A stretch of 64,000 nt of DNA from Nitrospirota bacterium (GTDB lineage Bacteria > Nitrospirota > UBA9217), in the NCBI GenBank assembly GCA_963740085.1, contig CAVUCU010000001.1, positions 1,376,001 to 1,440,000 of the forward strand, in the 5' to 3' direction. Every line of letters begins with the position of its first letter. The stretch's first letter is position 1. This document shows, piece after piece, positions 32,059 to 41,834 of this stretch. Made by a program: the position numbers and the translations under genes. A model generated the notes under the pieces. The model worked only from the letters and a program-made list of their open reading frames with translations. It did not search any database and had not been told where the DNA came from.

Positions 32059-34506
32059 ATGGAACGCTACATCTGCATCCACGGACATTTCTACCAGCCG
32101 CCACGCGAGAACCCCTGGCTTGAAGCGATCGAGATCCAGGACTCGGCCCATCCCTACCATGACTGGAACGAGCGGATCACGGCCGAGTGCTACGCGCCCA
32201 ATTCGGCGGCCCGCATCGTCGATGGAGAGCAACGCATTATCGACATCGTGAGCAATTATGCCCGTATCAGCTTCAACTTCGGCCCCACGCTCCTCTCCTG
32301 GATGCAGATTGCAACTCCGGAGATCTATAAGGCCATCATTGATGCCGACATCCTGAGCCGGGAGTGGCGCTCGGGCCACGGCAATGCCATTGCCCAGGTG
32401 TACAATCACCTCATCATGCCCCTGGCGAACACGCACGACAAGCGCACCCAGGTCGTCTGGGGGATCCGCGACTTCGAGTTTCGCTTCAAACGGCGTCCCG
32501 AAGGAATGTGGCTCGCCGAAACCGCGGTCGACACGGAATCTCTTGAGATCCTCGCCGAGCAGGGGATCCTGTTCACGATCCTGGCACATCGTCAGGCGGC
32601 CCGGGTGCGTCCGCTCGGGACAGAAGAGTGGCAGGACGTGAGCGACGCACGCGTTGACCCGACGCGGGCCTATCTCTGCACGCTGCCATCGGGACGGACC
32701 ATCAATCTGTTCTTCTACGACGGCCCGATCTCTCAGGCTGTCGCCTTCGAAAAGCTTCTGATGCGCGGCGAGGATTTCGCGAACCGTCTTATGGCGGGCT
32801 TCGATGACTCGCGGGACTGGCCGCAGCTCCTGCACATCGCCACAGATGGAGAGACGTACGGCCACCATCAGCACTTCGGCGACATGGCCCTGGCCTATGC
32901 ACTTCATCATATCGACAACAACGGACCGGTGCGGCTTACGAACTACGGCGAGTACCTTGAAAAACATCCCGCCGCATACGAAGCGGAGATCATCGAGAAC
33001 AGCTCCTGGAGCTGCATCCACGGCATCGAACGGTGGCGGGGCAACTGCGGGTGCAATTCCGGAGGACATGCGGACTGGAACCAGGAGTGGCGCGGTCCGC
33101 TGCGCGAGGCACTGGACGGGCTCCGGGACCGGCTCGCCGAGGTCTTCGAAACAACGGGACGACTCTACCTGAAGGACCCCTGGCGGGCGCGCGACGACTA
33201 CATCAATGTTGTCCTCGACCGATCGGATGAGAACATCAACACGTTCTGCGAGCGCAACGCGGCGAGGCACCTGAATGCCGATGAAAAAGCGATCGTTCTG
33301 AGGCTGCTCGAGATCCAGCGGCAGGCCATGCTGATGTACACGAGCTGCGGCTGGTTCTTTGATGAGCTCTCGGGGATCGAGACCGTCCAGATCATGAAGT
33401 ATGCGGCCGGCGTGATACATTTGTCCAGAGACCTGTTGTACGAAGACATCGAGGCACTGTTCCTCGCAAAACTGGCCCTCGCCAAAAGCAACCTCGAGGA
33501 ACACCAGAATGGTGCGAATATTTATGAAAAATTCGTCAGGCCTTCCGTGATCGACCTCAAGAAGGTCGGCGCGCACTACGCCGTGAGCTCTCTGTTCGAG
33601 GAATATCCCGACGAGGCAACGATCTACTGTTACGGTGTCCGCAAGTTGGACTACCAGATAAATCACGCGGGCAGAACGCAGCTGGCCCTGGGCAGGATCT
33701 TCGTCACCTCGGAGATCACGTGGGAACACGACCACCTGACCTTCTGCGTGCTCCACTTCGGCGAACACTCGCTGAACGGAGGAGTACGCACCTTTCTGGG
33801 GGACGAAGAATATGATGCCATGAAGGCCGAGGTCTCAGCCGCCTTCGAAACCGGAGATTTTGCCGGGATCGTCCGGCTGATGGACACGCATTTCGGCATG
33901 CACAACTATTCCCTGAAAGACCTCTTCGCCGATGAACAGCGCAAGATCCTGGGCACCGTGATCAACGCGACGATCAAGGAATACGAGGCGGCCTACCGGG
34001 GCATGTACGAGAACAGCCGCCACATGATGGCCTTTCTGCAGGAAACGGGCATCCCGCTGCCGCGCGCCTTCCTGACCTCTGCCGAGCTCACGCTGAACCA
34101 CGATCTGAAACTCGCATTCTCCGGGGAAACGATCGACATCGAACAGGTGCGTGCCGCCGCGGAGGACATTCGCAAGTGGTATTTGCGGATCGATTCCATT
34201 GAGGTGGAATTCAAAGCGCGCCGCCGGGTGGAGCGGATGATGAACCGGGTTCTCAAGGACCCATTTGATCTTGCCGCCCTGAAAGAGACGCGGGAGGTGA
34301 TCGAGCTTCTGCAGCTCCTGCCCATGGAGGTAAATTACTGGCAGATGCAGAACACCTACTATATGGCAGCGCGGGTCGCTTATGTGGGGTTCCTCATGCG
34401 GTCAATAGCCGGCGACCGGGATGCCGCGGCGTGGATCGACGAGTTCAAAGAACTGGGCCGCGTGCTCCGGTTCAACATCGATGCGATCCTGCCCGATGAA
34501 AAGTGA
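32059..34506 (+). CDS. GH57-family glycoside hydrolase with DUF3536-like domain
   Basis: HGHFYQPPRENPW, GMWLAETA, ATDGETYGHH, SWSC.HG.ERW and MYTSCGWFFD; ATG 32059 follows the treZ stop. Confidence 0.88.
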   Translation: MERYICIHGHFYQPPRENPWLEAIEIQDSAHPYHDWNERITAECYAPNSAARIVDGEQRIIDIVSNYARISFNFGPTLLSWMQIATPEIYKAIIDADILSREWRSGHGNAIAQVYNHLIMPLANTHDKRTQVVWGIRDFEFRFKRRPEGMWLAETAVDTESLEILAEQGILFTILAHRQAARVRPLGTEEWQDVSDARVDPTRAYLCTLPSGRTINLFFYDGPISQAVAFEKLLMRGEDFANRLMAGFDDSRDWPQLLHIATDGETYGHHQHFGDMALAYALHHIDNNGPVRLTNYGEYLEKHPAAYEAEIIENSSWSCIHGIERWRGNCGCNSGGHADWNQEWRGPLREALDGLRDRLAEVFETTGRLYLKDPWRARDDYINVVLDRSDENINTFCERNAARHLNADEKAIVLRLLEIQRQAMLMYTSCGWFFDELSGIETVQIMKYAAGVIHLSRDLLYEDIEALFLAKLALAKSNLEEHQNGANIYEKFVRPSVIDLKKVGAHYAVSSLFEEYPDEATIYCYGVRKLDYQINHAGRTQLALGRIFVTSEITWEHDHLTFCVLHFGEHSLNGGVRTFLGDEEYDAMKAEVSAAFETGDFAGIVRLMDTHFGMHNYSLKDLFADEQRKILGTVINATIKEYEAAYRGMYENSRHMMAFLQETGIPLPRAFLTSAELTLNHDLKLAFSGETIDIEQVRAAAEDIRKWYLRIDSIEVEFKARRRVERMMNRVLKDPFDLAALKETREVIELLQLLPMEVNYWQMQNTYYMAARVAYVGFLMRSIAGDRDAAAWIDEFKELGRVLRFNIDAILPDEK

Positions 34507-34516
34507 GGTTGATGTT

Positions 34517-36304
34517 ATGAAGCGATATTTAGTGTTATTTATTTTCGCGATATCCCTCGTGCTCGCGCCGGGCTTTATGTCCCCGGCCCTCTCTCAGGCC
34601 GATGCGGGCCATGCAGCAGCTTTTGCTTCCGACAGGGTGCAGGCAGGAGCGGCCAATGCTGTTTTGGTGCAAAACAACAGAACTGAGGCGACAGGGAATA
34701 AGTCTTTGCCTGCGGAGGCAAGAACGCCGGGCGCACCCGTCGTCGTGGGGAAGGACACCATCTTCTTCGTGCAGGAGCGGGTCCTTTCGTTCTCTCCCGA
34801 GGACCGCGCACGCGCAGTATCCGAGCGCATCCGGAACATCGCGAAAAACGCCCTCATCTCCCTCGAATCGATCACTGCGGTAAATGGTGAAACAACATCG
34901 GACATCGTTGCAGGCGACCTGATGATCATGTCCGTCACTGACCGCGATGCCAGGATGGCGGGCCGGTCCCGGCAGGAGCTTGCCGAAGACTATGCGCAGA
35001 AGATCAGGCGCGCTCTGGCCAAGCAGAGAGAGACCTACAGCCTGAGAAGCATACTCGTGGGTGCGGGACTTTTTCTGCTGGCTACCGCGGTGCTCGTGAC
35101 CGGTATCTGGCTGCTTCGCAAGGTATTCATAAAACTCTGCATCAAGGTGGCTTCATGGGAAGGGACGCGTATTAAGCCGCTCAAGATCCAGAATCTGGAG
35201 ATCCTGTCGGCAGGACGAAGCATTTTTATCCTCATCAAGCTGCTGAAGGGCCTCCGCCTTGCGATAATTCTGCTCCTCTTTTATTTTTACATTCCCCTGG
35301 TTCTCGATTTCTTTCCCTGGACGCATGGAGTGGCCTCAGTTCTGTACGGCTACATGATCTCGCCGATGATGACGGTCGTGCATTCGTTACTGGCCTTTAT
35401 TCCAAACCTGTTGTTCATTGCCATCATCGTCGCGGTCCTCCGTTATGTCATCAGGGGCGTCCGGGTTCTCTTTTCGGCAATAGCGAACGGCACGATATCG
35501 TTACCCGGCTTCTACCGGGACTGGGCCATGCCGACCTACAAGATCGTCCGTTTCCTTATCATCGCCTTCGGCGCCGTGGTCATCTTTCCTTATCTGCCGG
35601 GAAGCAAGTCACCCGCTTTCCAGGGGATCTCGATCTTTCTGGGGATCCTGTTTTCGCTGGGGTCGACGTCGGCCGTGGCGAACATGGTCGCGGGTACCAT
35701 CCTGACCTACATGAGGCCCTTCAAAATGGGTGACCGGGTGAAGATCGCCGATGCCGAGGGCGATGTGATCGAGAAGACTCTCCTGGTGACACGCCTCACG
35801 ACGATCAAAAATGTGGATATCACCATCCCGAACGCCATGGTCCTGAGCAGCCACATCATTAATTACAGCTCGTCTGCAAAAGAGCTGGGCCTCGTCCTGC
35901 ACACCACCGTCACGATCGGATACGATGCCCCCTGGAGAAAGGTGCACGAACTGCTGATCGCGGCCGCCGGTTCCGTGGAGGAGATCCAGAAAGAACCGAA
36001 GCCCTACGTACTCCAGACCGCGCTCGATGATTTCTATGTCCATTATGAGCTGAATTGTTATACGAACGAGCCCCATATCATGGCGAAGACATATTCCCAG
36101 CTCCACCAGAACATCCAGGACCGGTTCAATGAGGCCGGCGTGGAGATCATGTCGCCGCACTATTCGTCCCTGCGCGACGGGAACAAGGCGACGATCCCGG
36201 ATGAGCATCTGCCGAAGACCTATCGGGCTCCGGTCTTCCGTTTCGGTCCGGGAGGGGACACGCCATTTCCAAAGGACACGGCGAAAGGTCCGGATGAACG
36301 ATAA
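34517..36304 (+). CDS. MscS-family mechanosensitive channel with signal peptide and periplasmic N-terminal domain
   Basis: SLGSTSAVANMVAG, RPFKMGDRVKI, TIGYDAPW and GVEIMSPHY. Confidence 0.88.
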   Translation: MKRYLVLFIFAISLVLAPGFMSPALSQADAGHAAAFASDRVQAGAANAVLVQNNRTEATGNKSLPAEARTPGAPVVVGKDTIFFVQERVLSFSPEDRARAVSERIRNIAKNALISLESITAVNGETTSDIVAGDLMIMSVTDRDARMAGRSRQELAEDYAQKIRRALAKQRETYSLRSILVGAGLFLLATAVLVTGIWLLRKVFIKLCIKVASWEGTRIKPLKIQNLEILSAGRSIFILIKLLKGLRLAIILLLFYFYIPLVLDFFPWTHGVASVLYGYMISPMMTVVHSLLAFIPNLLFIAIIVAVLRYVIRGVRVLFSAIANGTISLPGFYRDWAMPTYKIVRFLIIAFGAVVIFPYLPGSKSPAFQGISIFLGILFSLGSTSAVANMVAGTILTYMRPFKMGDRVKIADAEGDVIEKTLLVTRLTTIKNVDITIPNAMVLSSHIINYSSSAKELGLVLHTTVTIGYDAPWRKVHELLIAAAGSVEEIQKEPKPYVLQTALDDFYVHYELNCYTNEPHIMAKTYSQLHQNIQDRFNEAGVEIMSPHYSSLRDGNKATIPDEHLPKTYRAPVFRFGPGGDTPFPKDTAKGPDER

Positions 36305-36386
36305 TAAAGATCATGCCGGATAGTGGATGAGGTCTGCCGCGATTAACCGCATTGATCCGAAGTAGGTGCCATCAGATGAATAATTC

Positions 36387-39380
36387 ATGGTAGGGAGAAA
36401 CAGCGTGCAACCGAGAATACCCTGCGCAACGTACCGCCTGCAGTTCAATAATCAGTTCCGGTTCGCCGATGCGACGCGGATCATCGCGTATCTGCATGAT
36501 CTCGGCATCACGGATATATATTCGTCCCCCTATTTCAAGGCAAAGAAGGGAAGTCTCCACGGCTACGATATCGTGGACCCCAATGCCCTGAACCCCGAGA
36601 TCGGCACCGAGGAGGATTACACCGCCATGGCCGCCGAGCTCCGGCGGCATGACATGGGGCAGGTACTTGATATCGTGCCGAACCACATGTGCGTTGACAG
36701 TTCGGATAACCTTTGGTGGATGGATGTGCTCGAGAACGGCCCCAGCTCTCCCTACGCAAAATTCTTCGACATCGACTGGGCGCCGGTCAAGAAGGAACTC
36801 AAAGACAAGGTCCTCATCCCGGTCCTCGGCAACCAGTACGGGAACATCCTCGAAGGACAGGAACTGCTTCTGGTTTTTGAAGAGGGCGCTTTTTTTGTGC
36901 ATTACTTCGAGCACACATTCCCCCTGCGTCCCCAGACCTATGTCCTGGTCCTGGAGCACGGTCGCGAGGAATTGCAAACCCTGCTGCCGGACGAGAGTCC
37001 GGAACTTGCCGAGTTCCTGAGCATCATGACGGCGCTGCGTCATCTTCCGTCCTATACCGAAACCGACCCCGACAAGACCGCGGAGAGGTTTCGTGAAAAG
37101 GAGGTGATCAAGCGGCGGCTCTGGACACTGGTTTCCGCGAATGCCGCTATCAAAGCGCATATTGATAAAAATGTGCTCATCTTCAATGGAACGAAGGGGG
37201 ATGCGAAGAGTTTCGATCTTCTCGACGATCTCATGAACCAGCAGATCTACCGCCTTTCGCACTGGCGGGTGGCGACCGAGGAGATCAACTACCGCCGGTT
37301 CTTCGATATCAACGAACTGGGGGCCATCCGCATGGAAAACCCGGACGTCTTCCAGACGACCCACCGGCTCATCTTCCGCATGATCCGGGACGGAAGCGTC
37401 ACCGGCCTCCGGGTGGACCACCCTGACGGGCTCTACAATCCTGTTGAGTATTTTTACCGGCTCCAGCGAGGATGCTTTGTGCAGCAGGGGCTCGCGTCAT
37501 TATCGCAAGAGCGGGATAACCAGGCAGCACCCGGGACCGCAGAGCCGGTCCTCGTGCAGCAGTACGACGACGCGGTGCTTCGGGACCCGGCCTTCAAGCC
37601 CTTCTATATTGTCGGTGAAAAGATCCTGGCAAAGAGCGAGCGGATGCCCGAGGACTGGCCCATCTTCAGCACCACGGGCTACGTGTTCGTCAATTCCGTG
37701 AACGGCATCTTTATCGACGGAGAGCAGGCAAAGACCTTTGATGCCATTTACGAAAAATTCATCCGAGCCAGGGTAAATGTCCAGGACATCATCTATGAAA
37801 AAAAGAAGCTGGTCATGCAGGTGGCCATGTCAAGCGAGGTGAATACCCTTGGCCATTATCTGAATGACCTCTCGGAAAAGAACCGGCATACGCGTGACTT
37901 CACCCTCTACAGCCTCAGGAGCGCGATTATTGAAGTCATCGCCGCATTCCCCGTGTACCGGACCTATACCAATACCTGGATCGTCAACGACCGGGACCGC
38001 CAGGTCGTTGAACTGGCCGTCTCCCGGGCGAAGAGGAATAACCCGGCGATCAGCGACTCGATCTTCGATTTTCTCAAGCAGGTGCTGCTGCTCCGGTTTC
38101 CGAAAGAGTTCAGCGATGAGAGCAAGATCGAGTGGCTCGATTTCGTCATGCGGTTCCAGCAGATCACCGGTCCGGTCATGGCAAAGGGCGTCGAGGACAC
38201 TGCCTTCTATGTCTACAACCGTCTCGTTTCGCTTAACGAAGTGGGCGGCATGCCCGAACGGTTCGGAACGCCCCTCGAGACGTTCCATGGACAGAACATT
38301 GAGCGGATGAAGTCCTGGCCCCACGCCCTCATCGCCACGGAAACACATGACACAAAACGGAGCAAGGACGTACGCTCACGGATCAATGTCCTTTCCGAGA
38401 TCCCCAAAGAGTGGAGCGAACATGTCAGGACCTGGGCCCGACTGAACAAAAAAAAGAAGGGCCTGATCGACGGAAGTGAAGCGCCCTCCCGGAATGAGGA
38501 ATATCTCCTGTACCAGACACTTATCGGCGCCTGGCCTGTGGAAGTGCTGGAGGGGAACGCCTTTGACGTGTTTGCCCGGCGGATCAAAGATTATATGATC
38601 AAGGCCGCTCGCGAAGCAAAGGTGAACACCAGCTGGATCAATCCGAACGCGGAATATGAACAGGCCGTGCATAGCTTCATCGACCGTGTCCTGCAGCAGT
38701 CGCCGCAGAACCAGTTTTTAAGCGATTTTCTGCCGTTCCAGCGCATGATCTCGCACTACGGCATGTTCAACTCGCTTTCCCAGACACTGCTCAAGATCTG
38801 CGCCCCCGGTGTTCCCGACTTTTATCAAGGCACCGAACTGTGGGACTTCAGTCTTGTGGACCCTGATAACCGCCGGCCCGTTGACTACGAAAAGCGGGTC
38901 AGCATGCTCGCGGAACTGAAGCAGAAGGAAGAGCAGATGACCGGAGTGCAGCTTGCCTGGGACCTTTCACTCAATAAAGAGGATGGCAGGATCATGCTTT
39001 ACCTTGTTCACAAGGCGCTCAACTATCGCCGGGAACACCGGTCGCTGTTCGAACAGGGCGAGTACCTGCCCCTCACTGCTGAAGGCGCACGGGCCGGCCA
39101 TGTCTGCGCCTTTGTGCGGAAGCTGGGCGGCAAATGCATGGTTGTTGCCGTGCCCCGGCTCCTGACACGCCTCATTTCAGGGGGCGGATCGGTTCCCTTC
39201 GGAAAAGCGGTCTGGGAGGATACGCGGCTCCTCCTGCCGGAGATAGGGCCAGGGGTGCAGTTCCGCAATATCTTCACCAATGAGATCATTGTCACCGTTT
39301 CACAGAACGGGACGGCGGTGCTTGCACTTGCCGATGTGTACGCCGCATTTTCCGCGGCAATGCTTGAACAGGTGGAGTAA
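36387..39380 (+). CDS. treY: Malto-oligosyltrehalose synthase TreY (alternative GTG start at 36405)
   Basis: ATYRLQ, HGYD, DIVPNHM, NYRRFFDI, RVDHPDGL, GEKIL, THDTKR, PGVPDFYQG and SLVDPDNRRPVD. Confidence 0.95.
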   Translation: MVGRNSVQPRIPCATYRLQFNNQFRFADATRIIAYLHDLGITDIYSSPYFKAKKGSLHGYDIVDPNALNPEIGTEEDYTAMAAELRRHDMGQVLDIVPNHMCVDSSDNLWWMDVLENGPSSPYAKFFDIDWAPVKKELKDKVLIPVLGNQYGNILEGQELLLVFEEGAFFVHYFEHTFPLRPQTYVLVLEHGREELQTLLPDESPELAEFLSIMTALRHLPSYTETDPDKTAERFREKEVIKRRLWTLVSANAAIKAHIDKNVLIFNGTKGDAKSFDLLDDLMNQQIYRLSHWRVATEEINYRRFFDINELGAIRMENPDVFQTTHRLIFRMIRDGSVTGLRVDHPDGLYNPVEYFYRLQRGCFVQQGLASLSQERDNQAAPGTAEPVLVQQYDDAVLRDPAFKPFYIVGEKILAKSERMPEDWPIFSTTGYVFVNSVNGIFIDGEQAKTFDAIYEKFIRARVNVQDIIYEKKKLVMQVAMSSEVNTLGHYLNDLSEKNRHTRDFTLYSLRSAIIEVIAAFPVYRTYTNTWIVNDRDRQVVELAVSRAKRNNPAISDSIFDFLKQVLLLRFPKEFSDESKIEWLDFVMRFQQITGPVMAKGVEDTAFYVYNRLVSLNEVGGMPERFGTPLETFHGQNIERMKSWPHALIATETHDTKRSKDVRSRINVLSEIPKEWSEHVRTWARLNKKKKGLIDGSEAPSRNEEYLLYQTLIGAWPVEVLEGNAFDVFARRIKDYMIKAAREAKVNTSWINPNAEYEQAVHSFIDRVLQQSPQNQFLSDFLPFQRMISHYGMFNSLSQTLLKICAPGVPDFYQGTELWDFSLVDPDNRRPVDYEKRVSMLAELKQKEEQMTGVQLAWDLSLNKEDGRIMLYLVHKALNYRREHRSLFEQGEYLPLTAEGARAGHVCAFVRKLGGKCMVVAVPRLLTRLISGGGSVPFGKAVWEDTRLLLPEIGPGVQFRNIFTNEIIVTVSQNGTAVLALADVYAAFSAAMLEQVE

Positions 39381-39460
39381 CCGCGATAGGCCGGCCGCTG
39401 TTTCCGTCGGGCGGTAAGACGCAGGCACAGCAATACGTTCCGTACCATGAGGAGGGTTCT

Positions 39461-40693
39461 ATGTCGCACCCCAAGATACTCGCATTCGTTCTTGCCGGAG
39501 GAAAAGGCGAAAGGCTTGCCCCGCTCACGGATTACCGGTCAAAGCCGTCCGTCCCCTTCGGCGGGCGGTACCGGATCGTGGATTTTGTCCTGAGCAACTT
39601 CGTGAACTCGCGCATCTATTCCATTTACCTCCTGGTGCAGTACAAGTCCCAGTCGCTGATAGAACATGTGCGCCAAAACTGGGTCCTGTCCCCTATCGTC
39701 AGGGAACATTTCGTCACCGTCGTCCCGCCGCAAATGCGCATGGGGCCGGAGTGGTTCCAGGGCACCGCCGACTCCGTGTACCAGAACATCAACCTGATCT
39801 ATGACCAGCAGCCGGAACTTGTTGCGGTGTTCGGGGCGGACCATATCTACCGGATGGACATCCGCCAGATGATCGATTTTCACCTCGCGCGAAACGCTGC
39901 GGTAACGGTCGCTGCCCGGCCGGTGCCAATAGACCAGGCATCTTCCTTCGGCATCATCAGGACGGACCGGTCCAGAAGGATCACCGGGTTCCGGGAAAAG
40001 CCGGCCAGCCCCGCACCCATGGCCGATGACCCGAAGCGGGCCTATGCCTCCATGGGAAACTACATATTCAACAAGGACATCCTGCTTGATGCCCTCGTCA
40101 AAGGCCAGGAGAAGGACCAGCATGATTTCGGCACCCACCTGCTCCCCGACCTTGTCGATACCGGGAAGGCGTTCGCCTATGACTTTGCGGCCAACAGCGT
40201 CCCCGGCGTCATGCCCTCCGAGGAGCAGGGGTATTGGCGGGATGTGGGAACGATCCCCGCTTATTACGATGCTCATATGGACATGCTGGGAGAACAACCG
40301 AAGTTTGAACTGCATAACAAGCAATGGCCCATCCACCCCTCGGAATATCAGGGTCCTTCGGCGAAGATATTGAAGGGCGATATTCAGAACAGCTTCATCT
40401 CCGAGGGGGTATTGATCAAGGACGCGCGGATCGTCAATTCAGTGATACGGCGTGATGTCGTCGTTGAAGAGGATGTCGTTATTGAGGACTGTATCATCAT
40501 GGACCACACGGTGATCAAGAAAGGCTGTCGGCTCAAGCGGGTGATCGTTGACAAGTTCAATGAACTCGCCGAAGGCGAGCAGATCGGGTTCGGGCCCGAT
40601 ACCGATCGGCTCCGTTGCGCCTGCCACCGCGATCCATCCGGGATATCGATCATACCCAAGGGCGAACGGCTGATGAAGCGGCCTCCGTGGTAG
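39461..40693 (+). CDS. glgC: Glucose-1-phosphate adenylyltransferase
   Basis: LAGGKGERL.PLT..RSKPSVPFGG, GTADSVYQN, ADHIYRMD, ASMGNYIF and YWRDVGT. Confidence 0.95.
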   Translation: MSHPKILAFVLAGGKGERLAPLTDYRSKPSVPFGGRYRIVDFVLSNFVNSRIYSIYLLVQYKSQSLIEHVRQNWVLSPIVREHFVTVVPPQMRMGPEWFQGTADSVYQNINLIYDQQPELVAVFGADHIYRMDIRQMIDFHLARNAAVTVAARPVPIDQASSFGIIRTDRSRRITGFREKPASPAPMADDPKRAYASMGNYIFNKDILLDALVKGQEKDQHDFGTHLLPDLVDTGKAFAYDFAANSVPGVMPSEEQGYWRDVGTIPAYYDAHMDMLGEQPKFELHNKQWPIHPSEYQGPSAKILKGDIQNSFISEGVLIKDARIVNSVIRRDVVVEEDVVIEDCIIMDHTVIKKGCRLKRVIVDKFNELAEGEQIGFGPDTDRLRCACHRDPSGISIIPKGERLMKRPPW

Positions 40694-40724
40694 CAACGGT
40701 GTCGTAGTCTTTCGGGGGAAAAAC

Positions 40725-41723
40725 ATGCTCTTATGGCTTGAATTCCTCACCTGTTCCGCGCTCATCGTCTTGAGCGGATACAAGCTGTCGCGATATGGAG
40801 ACATCATCGCGGAGAAGAGCGGGATGGGCCGGACCTGGATCGGCGTCGTGCTCATGGCCTCGGTAACGTCCCTTCCGGAGCTGGTCACGGGCATCAGCTC
40901 CGTGACCTTTGCCGGGGCCCCCGATATCGCTGTGGGCGATGTCCTGGGAAGCTGCGTGTTCAACATGCTGATCCTCGCTGTCCTGGATGGGCTCTATCGT
41001 CCCATGCCGCTCGGCACCAAGGCCCACTTCGGCCATGTCCTCTCCGCCGGCTTCGGGATCCTGATGCTGAGCATAGTGGCGGGCAGCCTGTTCCTCGGGG
41101 GCCGACTGGCGGGTTTCGGGTGGATCGGCCCGTATACGCTGCTCATCGGCCTGGTTTATGTTATCGCCATGAGGCTGGTGTACAATTATGAGCGGCGACA
41201 GATCGCGGCTTATATCAAGGAAAAGACCGAGGAGCTTCGGTATGGGGAAGTCCCGCTGAAAACAGCGGTCCTGAAATATTCTCTCAACGCCCTGGTCGTC
41301 ATTGGTGCGGCTGTTTTTCTGCCCGCGATCGGCCAGGCGATAGCAGTGCAGACCGGACTGGGCCAGTCCTTTGTGGGGAACATTTTTATCGCCATAACCA
41401 CCTCCCTGCCGGAGGTCGTCGTGTGCATTGCCGCATTGAAGATCGATGCCGTTGACCTGGCGATCGGCAACCTGTTTGGGAGCAACATCTTTAATTTGTT
41501 TATTCTGGCCCTCGACGATCTCTTTTTCGTTCCGGGTCCCCTGCTCTCGTTCGCGAACAACGGGCAGGTCATCTCCGCCCTGTCGGCGATCTCCATGACG
41601 ACCATTGCGGTCATCAGCCTGACCTATCGGGCAGAGAAAAAGGCGCTGCCCATGGCCTGGGATTCCATCGCGATCGTCCTGATATACATTGGGAACATCA
41701 TGCTGCTATACACATACCGGTAA
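40725..41723 (+). CDS. Cation/Ca2+ exchanger (CaCA, sodium:calcium antiporter-like)
   Basis: Two alpha-repeats: TSLPEL..GDVLGS and TSLPEV..GNLFGSN. Confidence 0.85.
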   Translation: MLLWLEFLTCSALIVLSGYKLSRYGDIIAEKSGMGRTWIGVVLMASVTSLPELVTGISSVTFAGAPDIAVGDVLGSCVFNMLILAVLDGLYRPMPLGTKAHFGHVLSAGFGILMLSIVAGSLFLGGRLAGFGWIGPYTLLIGLVYVIAMRLVYNYERRQIAAYIKEKTEELRYGEVPLKTAVLKYSLNALVVIGAAVFLPAIGQAIAVQTGLGQSFVGNIFIAITTSLPEVVVCIAALKIDAVDLAIGNLFGSNIFNLFILALDDLFFVPGPLLSFANNGQVISALSAISMTTIAVISLTYRAEKKALPMAWDSIAIVLIYIGNIMLLYTYR

Positions 41724-41834
41724 TTCGTGTAAAATCACATCAGCGCAGGTCCCGGCGTACGGGGAGAGCCTGCGGCAACGTAAACCGCAAACAGGGATCA
41801 AGTCCGATCTCGCTTGATCTCAAGAAAGGCAGAC

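Noticed and set aside
38330-38390. TreY motif reads THDTKRSKDVR instead of the usual ...RSEDVR
   Set aside because: Catalytic Asp/Glu/Asp motifs (RVDHPDG, GEKIL, THD) are intact; a single substitution or base error is not enough to call inactivation.
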